The translations under genes were made by a program, and so were the position numbers. The notes below the pieces were generated by a model that saw only the letters and a program-made list of their open reading frames with translations, was not told the origin of the DNA and did not search any database. Of a stretch of DNA of 64,000 nt, positions 49,902-59,057 are shown one piece after another; positions within the stretch are counted from its first letter, which is position 1; each line of letters starts with the position of its first letter. The stretch covers positions 320,001 through 384,000 of the forward strand of contig CAVSBL010000002.1 in assembly GCA_963726255.1 (NCBI GenBank). The letters run 5' to 3'. Source of the DNA: Candidatus Bathyarchaeota archaeon (lineage in GTDB: Archaea; Thermoproteota; Bathyarchaeia; 40CM-2-53-6).

Positions 49902-50291
49902 ATGAAAACAATACTGAGTGGAATTGAATTGAAGCATATCAATAAGCCCTGGGGATCATTTGATCAGTATACATTGAACGAACGCTCCACGGTAAAAATA
50001 CTCACGATTAACCCTGGCTCGAGCACGAGCTTACAATCACATAAACACCGGAAGGAATTCTGGGTGGCACTTGACAAGGGAATTCATGTCCAGATCGGAA
50101 AAGAAAAGATTTCGTTGCGGAAGGGATCGAACGTCCTGGTGAAGAAAGGATCAAGACATCGACTCCAATGTGAAGGACGATCAGCCGCACGGATCCTGGA
50201 GATATCATTCGGAGAATTCTCTGAAAACGACATCGTAAGGTATGAAGACGACTACGGTCGTGTGACCCGAAAAATACCTGGTAAACGCTGA
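49902..50291 (+). CDS. Type II mannose-6-phosphate isomerase cupin domain (stand-alone)
   Basis: KPWG, SLQSH..RKEFW, HRL, LEIS.G...E.DIVRYEDDYGR. Confidence 0.85.
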   Translation: MKTILSGIELKHINKPWGSFDQYTLNERSTVKILTINPGSSTSLQSHKHRKEFWVALDKGIHVQIGKEKISLRKGSNVLVKKGSRHRLQCEGRSAARILEISFGEFSENDIVRYEDDYGRVTRKIPGKR

Positions 50292-50451
50292 ATCAAGTTC
50301 TAGGTCCAGATATGCTCTGCGAAAGCCACTCTCTAGTGGTTTGAATCCGCGGCATCAGTTAAGTGAGATGCCTGCCGAGAGGACTGAACTGTGAATCTCA
50401 TGGCGACAAGCCGATTAAATTGTAAGTGCATGATAAATAGCGCTAAGACGT

Positions 50452-51243
50452 TTGACCATGAGTGGCACTGATTCGATATCGCAAAAGAAGATTATCATTT
50501 TTGATCTTGACGGCACGCTAACCAAGAGCAAATCTAGTCTCGATAAGGAGATGGCTTCGCTGATCTGCGAACTGCTCCAACGGAGATACGTTGCCGTGGC
50601 TTCAGGCTGTTCTTTTCAACAGTTCGAAACCCAGTTCCTGAGTAAACTGCCAAAAAGCACGAATTTGCGCAACTTGTTCTTGTTTCCAACATGCTCGGCC
50701 AGCGGTTACTATTATGACACGAGACGCGGCCGTTTCTCTCGAGCATACAGTAATCTCGTGCCCAAACACGCTGCCAAGACAATTGTTCATGCATTCGAAA
50801 CCGTCTTCAAGGAAATCGGCTACGTTCAACCAAAGAAGACGTACGGACCGGTTCTTGAGAACCGAGGGAGTCAGCTTACCTTTTCCGCATTGGGCCAGAA
50901 GGCACCGCTGCATCTCAAACAGAAATGGGATCCCAAACAGAAGAAGCGTCTGAGGATTAGAAGGCTGCTGAAAGAGTACTTGCCAGACTTTGAGATATCC
51001 ATTGGCGGAACGACTTCGATTGACGTCACGAGAAAAGGCGTGAACAAGACCTTATGTGTTAAGAAGTTGAAAGAGCGTCTCGGTGTTGACAAGAAACATA
51101 TGCTCTACGTCGGCGATGCTCTATTCAGAGGCGGGAACGATTACATAATGAGAAGCACAAACATTACGTGCATACCCGTCCCAAGCCCAATGGAAACAAA
51201 GAAACTGATAAGAAGAATAATCGAGAGCGATTCAGACACATAG
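50452..51243 (+). CDS. HAD-IIB phosphomannomutase-like protein (eukaryotic PMM type)
   Basis: FDLDGTLT, ENRGSQ, GGTTSIDV, GDALFRGGNDY. Confidence 0.82.
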   Translation: MTMSGTDSISQKKIIIFDLDGTLTKSKSSLDKEMASLICELLQRRYVAVASGCSFQQFETQFLSKLPKSTNLRNLFLFPTCSASGYYYDTRRGRFSRAYSNLVPKHAAKTIVHAFETVFKEIGYVQPKKTYGPVLENRGSQLTFSALGQKAPLHLKQKWDPKQKKRLRIRRLLKEYLPDFEISIGGTTSIDVTRKGVNKTLCVKKLKERLGVDKKHMLYVGDALFRGGNDYIMRSTNITCIPVPSPMETKKLIRRIIESDSDT

Positions 51244-51478
51244 TAAAGCCTAAGCAATTTGAACGCTAATCGTGTCCATGTTCTGGATAAGAACAAGCGA
51301 AGTCAGCAGAGGAAGGCGTTGAAATGCCCAATCCCTGGTGGTGGCACCGTCTAGACATTAATTTCTATGTATTGACTCCGAAAATACGGTTCGGTTCTGA
51401 TGCCCGCACCATTAGACACAAGTGGCGGAAAGTCAAGCGTCCATAGCTTTGTTCTTCTCTGTTTGAAGAAAGGTTGAC

Positions 51479-53131
51479 TTGAATAATACCAGCGTACTGC
51501 ATAATGCAGATGTGTCAGAGATGAGTGACGCTGGCTCATACTCGAAGAAGATTCTTGGTCTGTCTGTAGAAACGGGCATGATGCCTGCGCCTACTGTTTC
51601 TCCGGTAGACATTGTCTCTACAGTAATCAATTTGATGATAAGAGAAAATGTTGAGGCCGTAGTCGTTTTAGAGAACAATAAACCAGTTGGAATCGTGACT
51701 GAACGAGATGTTCTCCAGAGAGTTATTCAGGCCGGAAAAAATCCTGAACTGACGGTCGTCAATGACATAATGTCGTCCAATCCACTTGTGACGATCAAAG
51801 TGGGTCGCACAATTGGAGACGCCTTGGAGTTGCTGCGCAAACACAGCGTCCGAAAAGTGATCGTTACAAGGCAAGGCGCTCTAGTTGGACTCAGCACAGA
51901 AAGAAGATTACTTGAGGTCGCCCACAGTCACTACTTGCTGCAAACTATTTTGCCGCTTAAACCTGTGGATGATTATGATGTTCGCAAGATTAGAATCGCG
52001 TATGTTGGTACATATCCACCACGAGAATGTGGCATCGCCACGTATACCAAACATCTCGTGGACGCTACGTCCACGTTTTGTGTACGGGTTGTGGCTTCCC
52101 CGGTAGTGGTCGCCATCAACGACAGAGGCGGACACTACGATTACGAGTCTCGGGTCAAGTCTCAAATTGAAGCGAATGTTTTCGACTCTTACGAAAAGGT
52201 CGCTCGATACCTCAATGCTTCCAACGTGGACGTTGTGAATTTGCAACACGAGTATGGAATTTTCGGCGGAGAATGGGGAGAATATGTCACTGATTTTCTC
52301 AAAAGTATCCAGAAACCCGTTGTCACCACTCTGCACACCGTTCTCGAAAAGCCAGTTCCCAAGGCAAAACGTGTTCTAGAGCAGGTTCTTGAACACAGCG
52401 ATTTTGTCATCGTGATGGCCAAAGTCGGGATAGAAATACTGGAACAACATTACGGCAGTTCTACGGACAGAATCCGGCACATACCTCATGGATGTCCAAA
52501 TGTGCCTTACATCGAAACTGCAATGACAAAGCAAAACTTGGGATTGCAAGACCGCCCTGTTTTATCGACTTTTGGGTTACTTAGCCGCGGAAAAGGGATA
52601 GAATACGCTATAGAAGCTCTCCCGATGGTAGTCAGAGGGCATCCGGAGACCCTGTATCTCATTATCGGAGAAACGCATCCGGAAATCAGAAAGAGCCAAG
52701 GCGAAGAGTACCGACAATTCCTGCTTAATCTAGTCGAATCACTCGGATTGGAGAAGAACGTGCGTTTCGTGAATCGGTTCCTTGATGAAAACGAGTTGAT
52801 CAACTACCTCCATGCTACAGATGTCTACGTTGTTCCCTATCCTAATCGAGAACAGATCAGCAGTGGAACGCTCACATACGCTCTAGGCACTGGCAAAGCC
52901 ATTGTTACAACGCCCTTTCTACATGCCGAAGAGGTGATATCTCGTGGAGCCGCGATGAAATGTAACTTCGAAGACCCTATCTCAATCACTGAATCCGTGA
53001 ATGTATTGCTCAATGATGATCGGATTCGACAGCGATTTGGAAAAATGGCTTATGAGTATAGTAGATCCATGATATGGCCAAACGTGGCAATGAGTTACGT
53101 AAACGTATTCTATCATGCTCTTGGCCTGTGA
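51479..53131 (+). CDS. Fusion of an N-terminal CBS pair and a GT4 glycosyltransferase
   Basis: CBS GIVTERD; GT4 TYPPRECGIAT, QHEYGIFGG, KGIEY, QISSGTL. Confidence 0.88.
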   Translation: MNNTSVLHNADVSEMSDAGSYSKKILGLSVETGMMPAPTVSPVDIVSTVINLMIRENVEAVVVLENNKPVGIVTERDVLQRVIQAGKNPELTVVNDIMSSNPLVTIKVGRTIGDALELLRKHSVRKVIVTRQGALVGLSTERRLLEVAHSHYLLQTILPLKPVDDYDVRKIRIAYVGTYPPRECGIATYTKHLVDATSTFCVRVVASPVVVAINDRGGHYDYESRVKSQIEANVFDSYEKVARYLNASNVDVVNLQHEYGIFGGEWGEYVTDFLKSIQKPVVTTLHTVLEKPVPKAKRVLEQVLEHSDFVIVMAKVGIEILEQHYGSSTDRIRHIPHGCPNVPYIETAMTKQNLGLQDRPVLSTFGLLSRGKGIEYAIEALPMVVRGHPETLYLIIGETHPEIRKSQGEEYRQFLLNLVESLGLEKNVRFVNRFLDENELINYLHATDVYVVPYPNREQISSGTLTYALGTGKAIVTTPFLHAEEVISRGAAMKCNFEDPISITESVNVLLNDDRIRQRFGKMAYEYSRSMIWPNVAMSYVNVFYHALGL

Positions 53132-53146
53132 GGGTTGATTAGGTGT

Positions 53147-54370
53147 TTAGTCCTTGGGTTGTGTGAAGATTGGTTCCTGCAGTTGCTCTTCCTCCGATTC
53201 TCTTTTCAGATAACGTTTCAGGATTTCTGCTTGAATAACCAATGAAATTAGTACTACGCCAAATACCATCGCTGTAATTATGGCCTTGTAATTGCTTTCA
53301 GGTAGCGAGAGCACCAAGGCCACTGAAACGGCTCCTCGCAGTCCAGCAAACGCCAAGACTTTGTTCCATGAACTCGGCAGCCTCTCTCCTAACATGCGTG
53401 TCAATGCGACAATCGGATAGACGCTGAGTAGTCTAGCAACGAGTATCGCGGCAAAAGCCATGATTACGTATGGAGCATAGGCGTATAGCAATTCGATATC
53501 TGTTTTCAAGCCGATGAGTAGAAAGGCGAAGGAGGTTGCCAGAAAAGTCATCACTTCCCAGAAGTGCGTCATGGTTTTGCGGGTTTCCTCCGACATTGCG
53601 GTTTGCATGGTTCGATTCCCTAGCCATAAGCCCGCAATTGGTACGGCAATCAAGCCTGACATGCCTAGACTCTCTGCGATGATGTAGGAGCCGAACATCG
53701 TGAATATCGTGAGAGACGTTTCGGGCAAAGGGTTCGTGATCTGTCTATGGAGCAGTTCACCTATCCCAGCCACCACAAGCCCCACGGCCAATCCTCCTAA
53801 CAACGTGTAGGCGAATAGTCCTAAGTCTCTCATTGGGCTGAATGATAATGTGACGGCGAAGGAATACAAAATGACAGGCGTAGCGTTGTTGAGGTACGCC
53901 TCAGATTCAAGAATCGTGGTCAGTTTTTCTGGGGCGCGCACTATCTTCAAGACGCTCACTACGGTGACTGGGTCAGTTGGCGAAATTATCAAGCCAAACA
54001 GGAGTGCGGCTGCTAAGGGTAATCGAAGAGTGAGGTTGAGGACAAGAGCAGTTGCGAACGCGGATATTATGACTCCGAATATGGCTAGGCCAATGACCGT
54101 CTTATGCACAGTTCTGAATGTCGGAAAACGCGTTCGCATGGCTGATTCAAAGATGAGGGGAGGAACAACCAGACCTAGAATGAGGTCACCGCTGATCGGT
54201 ATGTCGCTGATGCCCCTTCCAAATTTGAGAATTGATAGGGCAAGGCCGATGCCGATCATGACCGTTGGGTATGGTGCCTTCAGTTTATCACTCAGAAGAG
54301 ACGCAACGAACGAAAGAATTATGACTAGCAGCAGGACCGTCAACGGGGAGCTGACAAGCTCAAGCGTCAT
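53147..54370 (-). CDS. CPA1/NhaP antiporter paralog with ND changed to NN
   Basis: SPTDP, EAYLNN, GLRGAVS. Confidence 0.9.
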   Translation of the reverse strand: MTLELVSSPLTVLLLVIILSFVASLLSDKLKAPYPTVMIGIGLALSILKFGRGISDIPISGDLILGLVVPPLIFESAMRTRFPTFRTVHKTVIGLAIFGVIISAFATALVLNLTLRLPLAAALLFGLIISPTDPVTVVSVLKIVRAPEKLTTILESEAYLNNATPVILYSFAVTLSFSPMRDLGLFAYTLLGGLAVGLVVAGIGELLHRQITNPLPETSLTIFTMFGSYIIAESLGMSGLIAVPIAGLWLGNRTMQTAMSEETRKTMTHFWEVMTFLATSFAFLLIGLKTDIELLYAYAPYVIMAFAAILVARLLSVYPIVALTRMLGERLPSSWNKVLAFAGLRGAVSVALVLSLPESNYKAIITAMVFGVVLISLVIQAEILKRYLKRESEEEQLQEPIFTQPKD

Positions 54371-54691
54371 CTGAACGCCCCACGCTCATTCATCCCCCCT
54401 AAGTCCACCGATCACAGGGTCGCTAAGCGTGCGATCAAGGTGTTCGTAGGTGAAGTATTATGTACACAACGATATAGGCCAACAGGATCAGACCAACTGT
54501 TATTCCGATCCGATTTGGATGCGCTTTCAGGTGCGATAATAGTGTCATCTCAGTCCGCTGTTTCAGGAGAAAATGCTTTTTTAACGGTTACTATCGGGTA
54601 GCAACAAGAATGTTGAATGAATGCCATCAAGTCACACAAATCAGCAAATTCTATGTACTTCGCAAGCAGGCGATAGTATTGGGTTGGCTAA

Positions 54692-55228
54692 TTGGTCGGA
54701 GTTACGCGGCGTGTGTCTGTTTTGAGCACTGAGACGTATGTGCCCGATGATCTTGATCTGCTTGTTCTCGAAAAGATGATTGAAGACAGTACTATTACGT
54801 TCAAGCGGTTGGCGATGTTGGCGAAAACCGACCAACGCACAATTGCAAAAAGATACGAGCGTCTGAAAAGGGAAGGCATTGTGAGACGTGCCACTATCGA
54901 TGTGGATTGGTCGAAATTGGGTCTGACGGCGACGGCGTTCATTGGCACTGCCACTTCCCATGGCGATGAAAGCCGGAAGAAACTGTTCGAGTTCATAGAG
55001 CATGAGCCTAGAGTCTTAGAGGCGTACACAATCTTGGGTTCTCATGAGTATTCCATGACAGTGTTGGATACCAACATGGAGAAGCTTAGGGGAGGAGTAT
55101 GCGATAGACTTGAACCGTTGACAATGGGTTTGTCCACCTCAGTTGTTGTGAAATCAGTAAAACGCGCCGACCATAAGGGACTACTACACTATGTCAGGAA
55201 AACTCGAAAGCGCACAACTATGATGTGA
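54692..55228 (+). CDS. Lrp/AsnC-family transcriptional regulator
   Basis: DDLDLLVL..D..LA....TI.KR..RL..EG; C-terminal RAM-like domain. Confidence 0.85.
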   Translation: MVGVTRRVSVLSTETYVPDDLDLLVLEKMIEDSTITFKRLAMLAKTDQRTIAKRYERLKREGIVRRATIDVDWSKLGLTATAFIGTATSHGDESRKKLFEFIEHEPRVLEAYTILGSHEYSMTVLDTNMEKLRGGVCDRLEPLTMGLSTSVVVKSVKRADHKGLLHYVRKTRKRTTMM

Positions 55229-55377
55229 CCGAGAAGAGAGAATGGATTTTAGTCTGCCCGCCGAATGCCGTCACTGCGCCGGCTGAGGGCGCTCTGCACT
55301 TAATGGGCACATCATTTTCGAGTTTGCAGTCCGCTTGCAAACCGCTTGAAGATCTCTATCCATTAAAGCTTCGGGAG
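55229..55377 (+). repeat. Long structured direct repeat, copy 1
   Basis: 55276-55377 is 95/102 identical to 58108-58209. Confidence 0.92.
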
Positions 55378-55645
55378 CGCCTTGTGTCTTGACATTTGGG
55401 TCTTGCTGCTTTGTTTTTCTGCAGAGTTCTTACGACTTCTTCTTGTTGTGTGTGTTCCTAGTGTTCCAGGCTTAATTCCATCCTGGAGGAGGTCGATTAA
55501 GAGGTGGATACCCACTCGGTTATCAGAGGGCGAGGTGGTACGCTAGGAGAAAATGATTAATCTCACCAAAAGGATTGACGGTTAGCCACGTTTCGTCCCG
55601 AGTCATTGTGCGTGCGCACCAGGGATCGTCGGAACCTCAAAATCG

Positions 55646-55672
55646 TGGCAGGGTCGGTGGGATTTGAGCCCA
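55646..55672 (-). other. tRNA 3'-end fragment (T-arm, acceptor strand, CCA); not a complete tRNA
   Basis: Reverse complement TGGGCTCAAATCCCACCGACCCTGCCA. Confidence 0.65.
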
Positions 55673-55866
55673 ATATCGTGGGTTCAATAGAGCCAATAGG
55701 CCTGTTCAGGATTCCCATTCGGGGACATGGGCAGCTCAGAAGATACGGCCTGATACCCGCTGAATACAACGCATTACGAGCAGCTCCGATCTTGCCGAAT
55801 GGCAAAGCAAAGAACTAAAAGCTTAAGGCTTGGCTTGGCTATGAAAAATAGTAGCTTCTAGACTAG

Positions 55867-55880
55867 TTAGGTTCATCTAA
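55867..55880. promoter_or_regulatory. Putative DtxR/MntR operator at the mntH start
   Basis: TTAGGTTCATCTAA (TTAG-N6-CTAA), 2 bp before the start codon. Confidence 0.6.
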
Positions 55881-55882
55881 AT

Positions 55883-57214
55883 TTGCGGATCGGGCACTTC
55901 GTTAGCAAGTATCGTGCACTTTTCATCTTCGCGGGTCCGGCGTTGATTACCAGCATGGCGTACATGGACCCGGGGAACTACGGGACAGACATCCAGGCGG
56001 GTGCAGCTTTCAACTACGGTTTGCTTTGGGTTGTCTGGATGGCGAATTTCATGGCGATGTTCCTCCAGTATCTCTCAGGAAAGCTAGGAATAGCAACGGG
56101 CCATGATTTGGCGGGACTTGTCAGAGAATCTCTTAAGAAGTCGAGCAGAAGAAGGTTTGACATTTTTCTGAACTGGATTGGGGCCGAAGCTGCAGTCGCG
56201 TCCACCGACCTCGCCGAGTACCTGGGCACTGTCATCGCGTTGAACATACTGTTCAACGTGCCCCTACTCTACGCGTCGCTATTCGGAGCCGCTGACATCC
56301 TAATTCTCCTAGCTCTAACATCGCGGCGTTTCAGGTCACTTGAATACTTCTTCATGGTGTTCATTTCGATTATCGGTTTCGGTTTCTTGTACGAAGTCGC
56401 GTTGACCGGCCTAGACGTAACTCAGCTTGTTCACGCCTTCGTTTCGCCAGATCTTAACCCCGACAACATAGTCTTGATAGTTGGCATCATCGGCGCGACC
56501 GTGATGCCGCATGCACTGTACGTACATTCCACGCTGACTAGGGATAAACTGGTGGACCGAACCGGTGAAGAAAAGAAACGATTATTGAAGCTCCATACTG
56601 GCGAAAGCCTCGTTGCTTTCACGATCGCTGGAATGGTCAACGCGGCCATTCTCATCGTGAGTGCCCAGGCCTTCTACCCGAAGTTCAGCAACATCTCAGC
56701 AGTAGACGAGGCGTATCGCATAATGATACCCATCTACGGATCGCTTGCCGCCATTATGTTCGCTGTGACGCTGCTATGCTCCGGGATTGCCTCCTCGACG
56801 ACCGGAACATTGGCCGGCCAAGCGATCATGGACGGGTTACTGGGAACAAAAGTAAACAAGACCGTTAGGAGGGTTATTACGAGAGTCATCAACGTTTTCC
56901 CAACAACGATAGCGGTGCTCCTAGGTTTCGACCCGTTGTTCCTGTTGGTCTACAGCCAAGTACTCCTCAGCCTGATGATCGCGTTACCCATGATACCGTT
57001 GATAACCTTCACCGCCAAGAAGGACCTCATGGGGGAGTTGGTTAACAGACGCTCAACCACGTTCCTCGCTGTGCTAACTGGGTCGGTAATTGTGGTGCTA
57101 AACACGTACCTGATCTACTATCTTGTTGCTCAATCTAGCGTCTACCTGCAGGTTTTGGTTCTAGGCGCTTATGGCGTCTATCATCTGTACCTTGTCTACG
57201 CCATGCTGCGATAA
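55883..57214 (+). CDS. mntH: NRAMP-family Mn2+/Fe2+ transporter
   Basis: AYMDPGN, GATVMPH, GTLAGQ, YSQV.LS. Confidence 0.94.
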   Translation: MRIGHFVSKYRALFIFAGPALITSMAYMDPGNYGTDIQAGAAFNYGLLWVVWMANFMAMFLQYLSGKLGIATGHDLAGLVRESLKKSSRRRFDIFLNWIGAEAAVASTDLAEYLGTVIALNILFNVPLLYASLFGAADILILLALTSRRFRSLEYFFMVFISIIGFGFLYEVALTGLDVTQLVHAFVSPDLNPDNIVLIVGIIGATVMPHALYVHSTLTRDKLVDRTGEEKKRLLKLHTGESLVAFTIAGMVNAAILIVSAQAFYPKFSNISAVDEAYRIMIPIYGSLAAIMFAVTLLCSGIASSTTGTLAGQAIMDGLLGTKVNKTVRRVITRVINVFPTTIAVLLGFDPLFLLVYSQVLLSLMIALPMIPLITFTAKKDLMGELVNRRSTTFLAVLTGSVIVVLNTYLIYYLVAQSSVYLQVLVLGAYGVYHLYLVYAMLR

Positions 57215-57390
57215 ACTGGCTTGCCAAGAACAAACTGACAAGTGACAATGATGGTGAAAGAAGGTTGTTGAGATGTAAGGGATGAGAAAATGATGAAAGA
57301 ATTCGTCAACAGAAGAATCGCACTAGTCCGAGCTTTGATCTCAGCCGGCAGAATGATTCAGCCTAATGTCTACGTGTTTTTCTCATCATT

Positions 57391-57879
57391 ATGGGAAGTG
57401 GCAATGTGATGACTAAAGGTTCGCGACTGAAACCGCCTTTCGACCTCACACGAGTTGAAGATTACCTTGAAGTCATCTACGAACTCATACAGAAGAAGGG
57501 CTACGCTAGATCAGCAGACATCGCAGAACTTCTTGGTGTCAAACCATCTAGCGTTACAGTCATGCTTCAGAGATTACATGCTAAGGGATTCATCGTCTAT
57601 GTACGTTACCGAGGCCTCACCCTGACAAGCAGTGGAGAACAGTTAGCGAAATCTGTGCAGCAGAGACATCGTACGATCCTCAAATTCCTTAGAATTCTCG
57701 GCGTCGAGGAGAAAATCGCCAAATCAGACTCAGAAGGCATCGAGCATCACGTCCACAAGGATACTATAAATCATATGGAGCGCTTTGTTGACTACGCCGA
57801 GCAGCACCCCACTTGGCTTCAACAACATGAACCTCCAACCCGGAGACAACGAAATTCCAGGCCGAAGCGCAATGAGTGA
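57391..57879 (+). CDS. mntR: DtxR/MntR metal-dependent repressor
   Basis: EDYLEVIY, SVT.ML, RHR, EGIEHH. Confidence 0.9.
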   Translation: MGSGNVMTKGSRLKPPFDLTRVEDYLEVIYELIQKKGYARSADIAELLGVKPSSVTVMLQRLHAKGFIVYVRYRGLTLTSSGEQLAKSVQQRHRTILKFLRILGVEEKIAKSDSEGIEHHVHKDTINHMERFVDYAEQHPTWLQQHEPPTRRQRNSRPKRNE

Positions 57880-58030
57880 ACAGCAGTTAAGGCCTCTACG
57901 TCGTGGACTGGTGATCGAGTATGTCAGCCTCGCTTGGATGACAGTTGAAGCGGCGGGGGCTGTGCTTGCTGGAGTCTTCGCTGGGAGTCCTGCCCTCATG
58001 GCATTTGGGGCGACAGCATAGTCGAGCCAG
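57872..58030 (+). pseudogene. 5' fragment of a CDF-like cation transporter
   Basis: RRGLVIEYVSLAWMTVEA...GSPALMAFG, frameshifted to GDSIVE, then truncated. Confidence 0.75.
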
Positions 58031-58064
58031 GTATGTTCTAAATTGGCTCTGAATCGCGGGAGGG

Positions 58065-58209
58065 TCGACGGGAGATAATGAATCAGTCTGCCCGTCGAAA
58101 CATCATAGCGCCGGCTGAGGGCGCTCTGCACTTAATGGACACATCATTTTCGCGTATGCAGTCCACTTGCAAACCGCTTGAAGATCTCTATCCATTAAAC
58201 TTTCGGAAG
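58065..58209 (+). repeat. Long structured direct repeat, copy 2
   Basis: Matches 55229-55377. Confidence 0.92.
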
Positions 58210-58377
58210 TGAAGCATTGCATCTTCTTTCACGTTCGTCGAACTAGTCCATATTCAAGTTCTAACAAGTTTTCAGTTAACACACAGCGATGCAGAAAATA
58301 GCCTTGTGAGTACTTGTGGCTCTGCTACGAATTGTTTGTTGTTCGAATCCTCACACGCTGCTGGATATTAGCAATTC

Positions 58378-58406
58378 GTGGGTTCAGATCCCACCGGCCT
58401 GCACTA
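58378..58406 (+). other. tRNA 3'-end fragment
   Basis: GTGGG-TTCAGAT-CCCAC-CGGCCTGCACTA. Confidence 0.6.
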
Positions 58407-58585
58407 TATGTGGCACACATATTCTTGCTCTACACCCTCACATACGTGATAACCCACCAAAAGTCCCCTAGACGGAATCCTTAAGCTATTCACTTGCTAC
58501 CGACTAGAAGACCCCTTTAGTTGAGTAAGGAGCGGGTACTCACCTCATAAGAGTCAGATGGACTTGTGCAGACTGCTGTTGTGAC

Positions 58586-59052
58586 ATGCCCATCGCCGAG
58601 TCTCCGGTGACTGTCATGTTGTTTGTGATTGTGCTTTCTTTTGCGGCGGCCATCGTAAGTTCCAAACTGAGGGTATCATACCCGACGGTAATGATTGCCA
58701 TTAACCTTATACTATCACTTCTCAGATTTGGAGGCGGGTTCAGTAGTGTTTCCTCCGGCAGCAATTTGATACTCGGCATTGTTGTTCCTTGATATTTGAG
58801 GCCGCTATGCGAACTCGCTTTGAAGTTTCCAGGACTGTTCAGAAGACAGTCATAGGTTTGGCGATATTCGGGGTTGTGATCTCCGCTTTCGTGAGCGCCT
58901 ATGTTCTCAACGTCACCTTAGGATTGCCTTTGGCGGTTTCGCTCCTCTCTGGAGTCATTGTCTCGCCTACCGACCCAGTGACGGTCGTGAGTGTCTTGAG
59001 GAGAGTACAGGCGCCGGAGAGGCTGATGGCAAACGGTCCGACTGACTCCTGA
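58586..59052 (+). pseudogene. Frameshifted, truncated NhaP paralog
   Basis: GIVVP* then IFEAAMRT in another frame; homology ends after APERL. Confidence 0.88.
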
Positions 59053-59057
59053 GGCTT

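Noticed and set aside
55271-55363. 30-aa minus-strand ORF (MDRDLQAVCK...) present in both long repeats
   Set aside because: Differences between the copies are mostly non-synonymous in this frame
55229-55377. yybP-ykoY Mn riboswitch identity for the repeat
   Set aside because: Consensus elements not recognised, it lies about 500 bp from mntH, and the second copy is downstream of the module
55563-55818. ORFs 55563..55805 (-) and 55606..55818 (+)
   Set aside because: They run through the tRNA-like scar and have no recognisable family; likely debris
58330-58410. Complete tRNA gene
   Set aside because: No matching 5' acceptor strand, D-arm or anticodon arm could be folded
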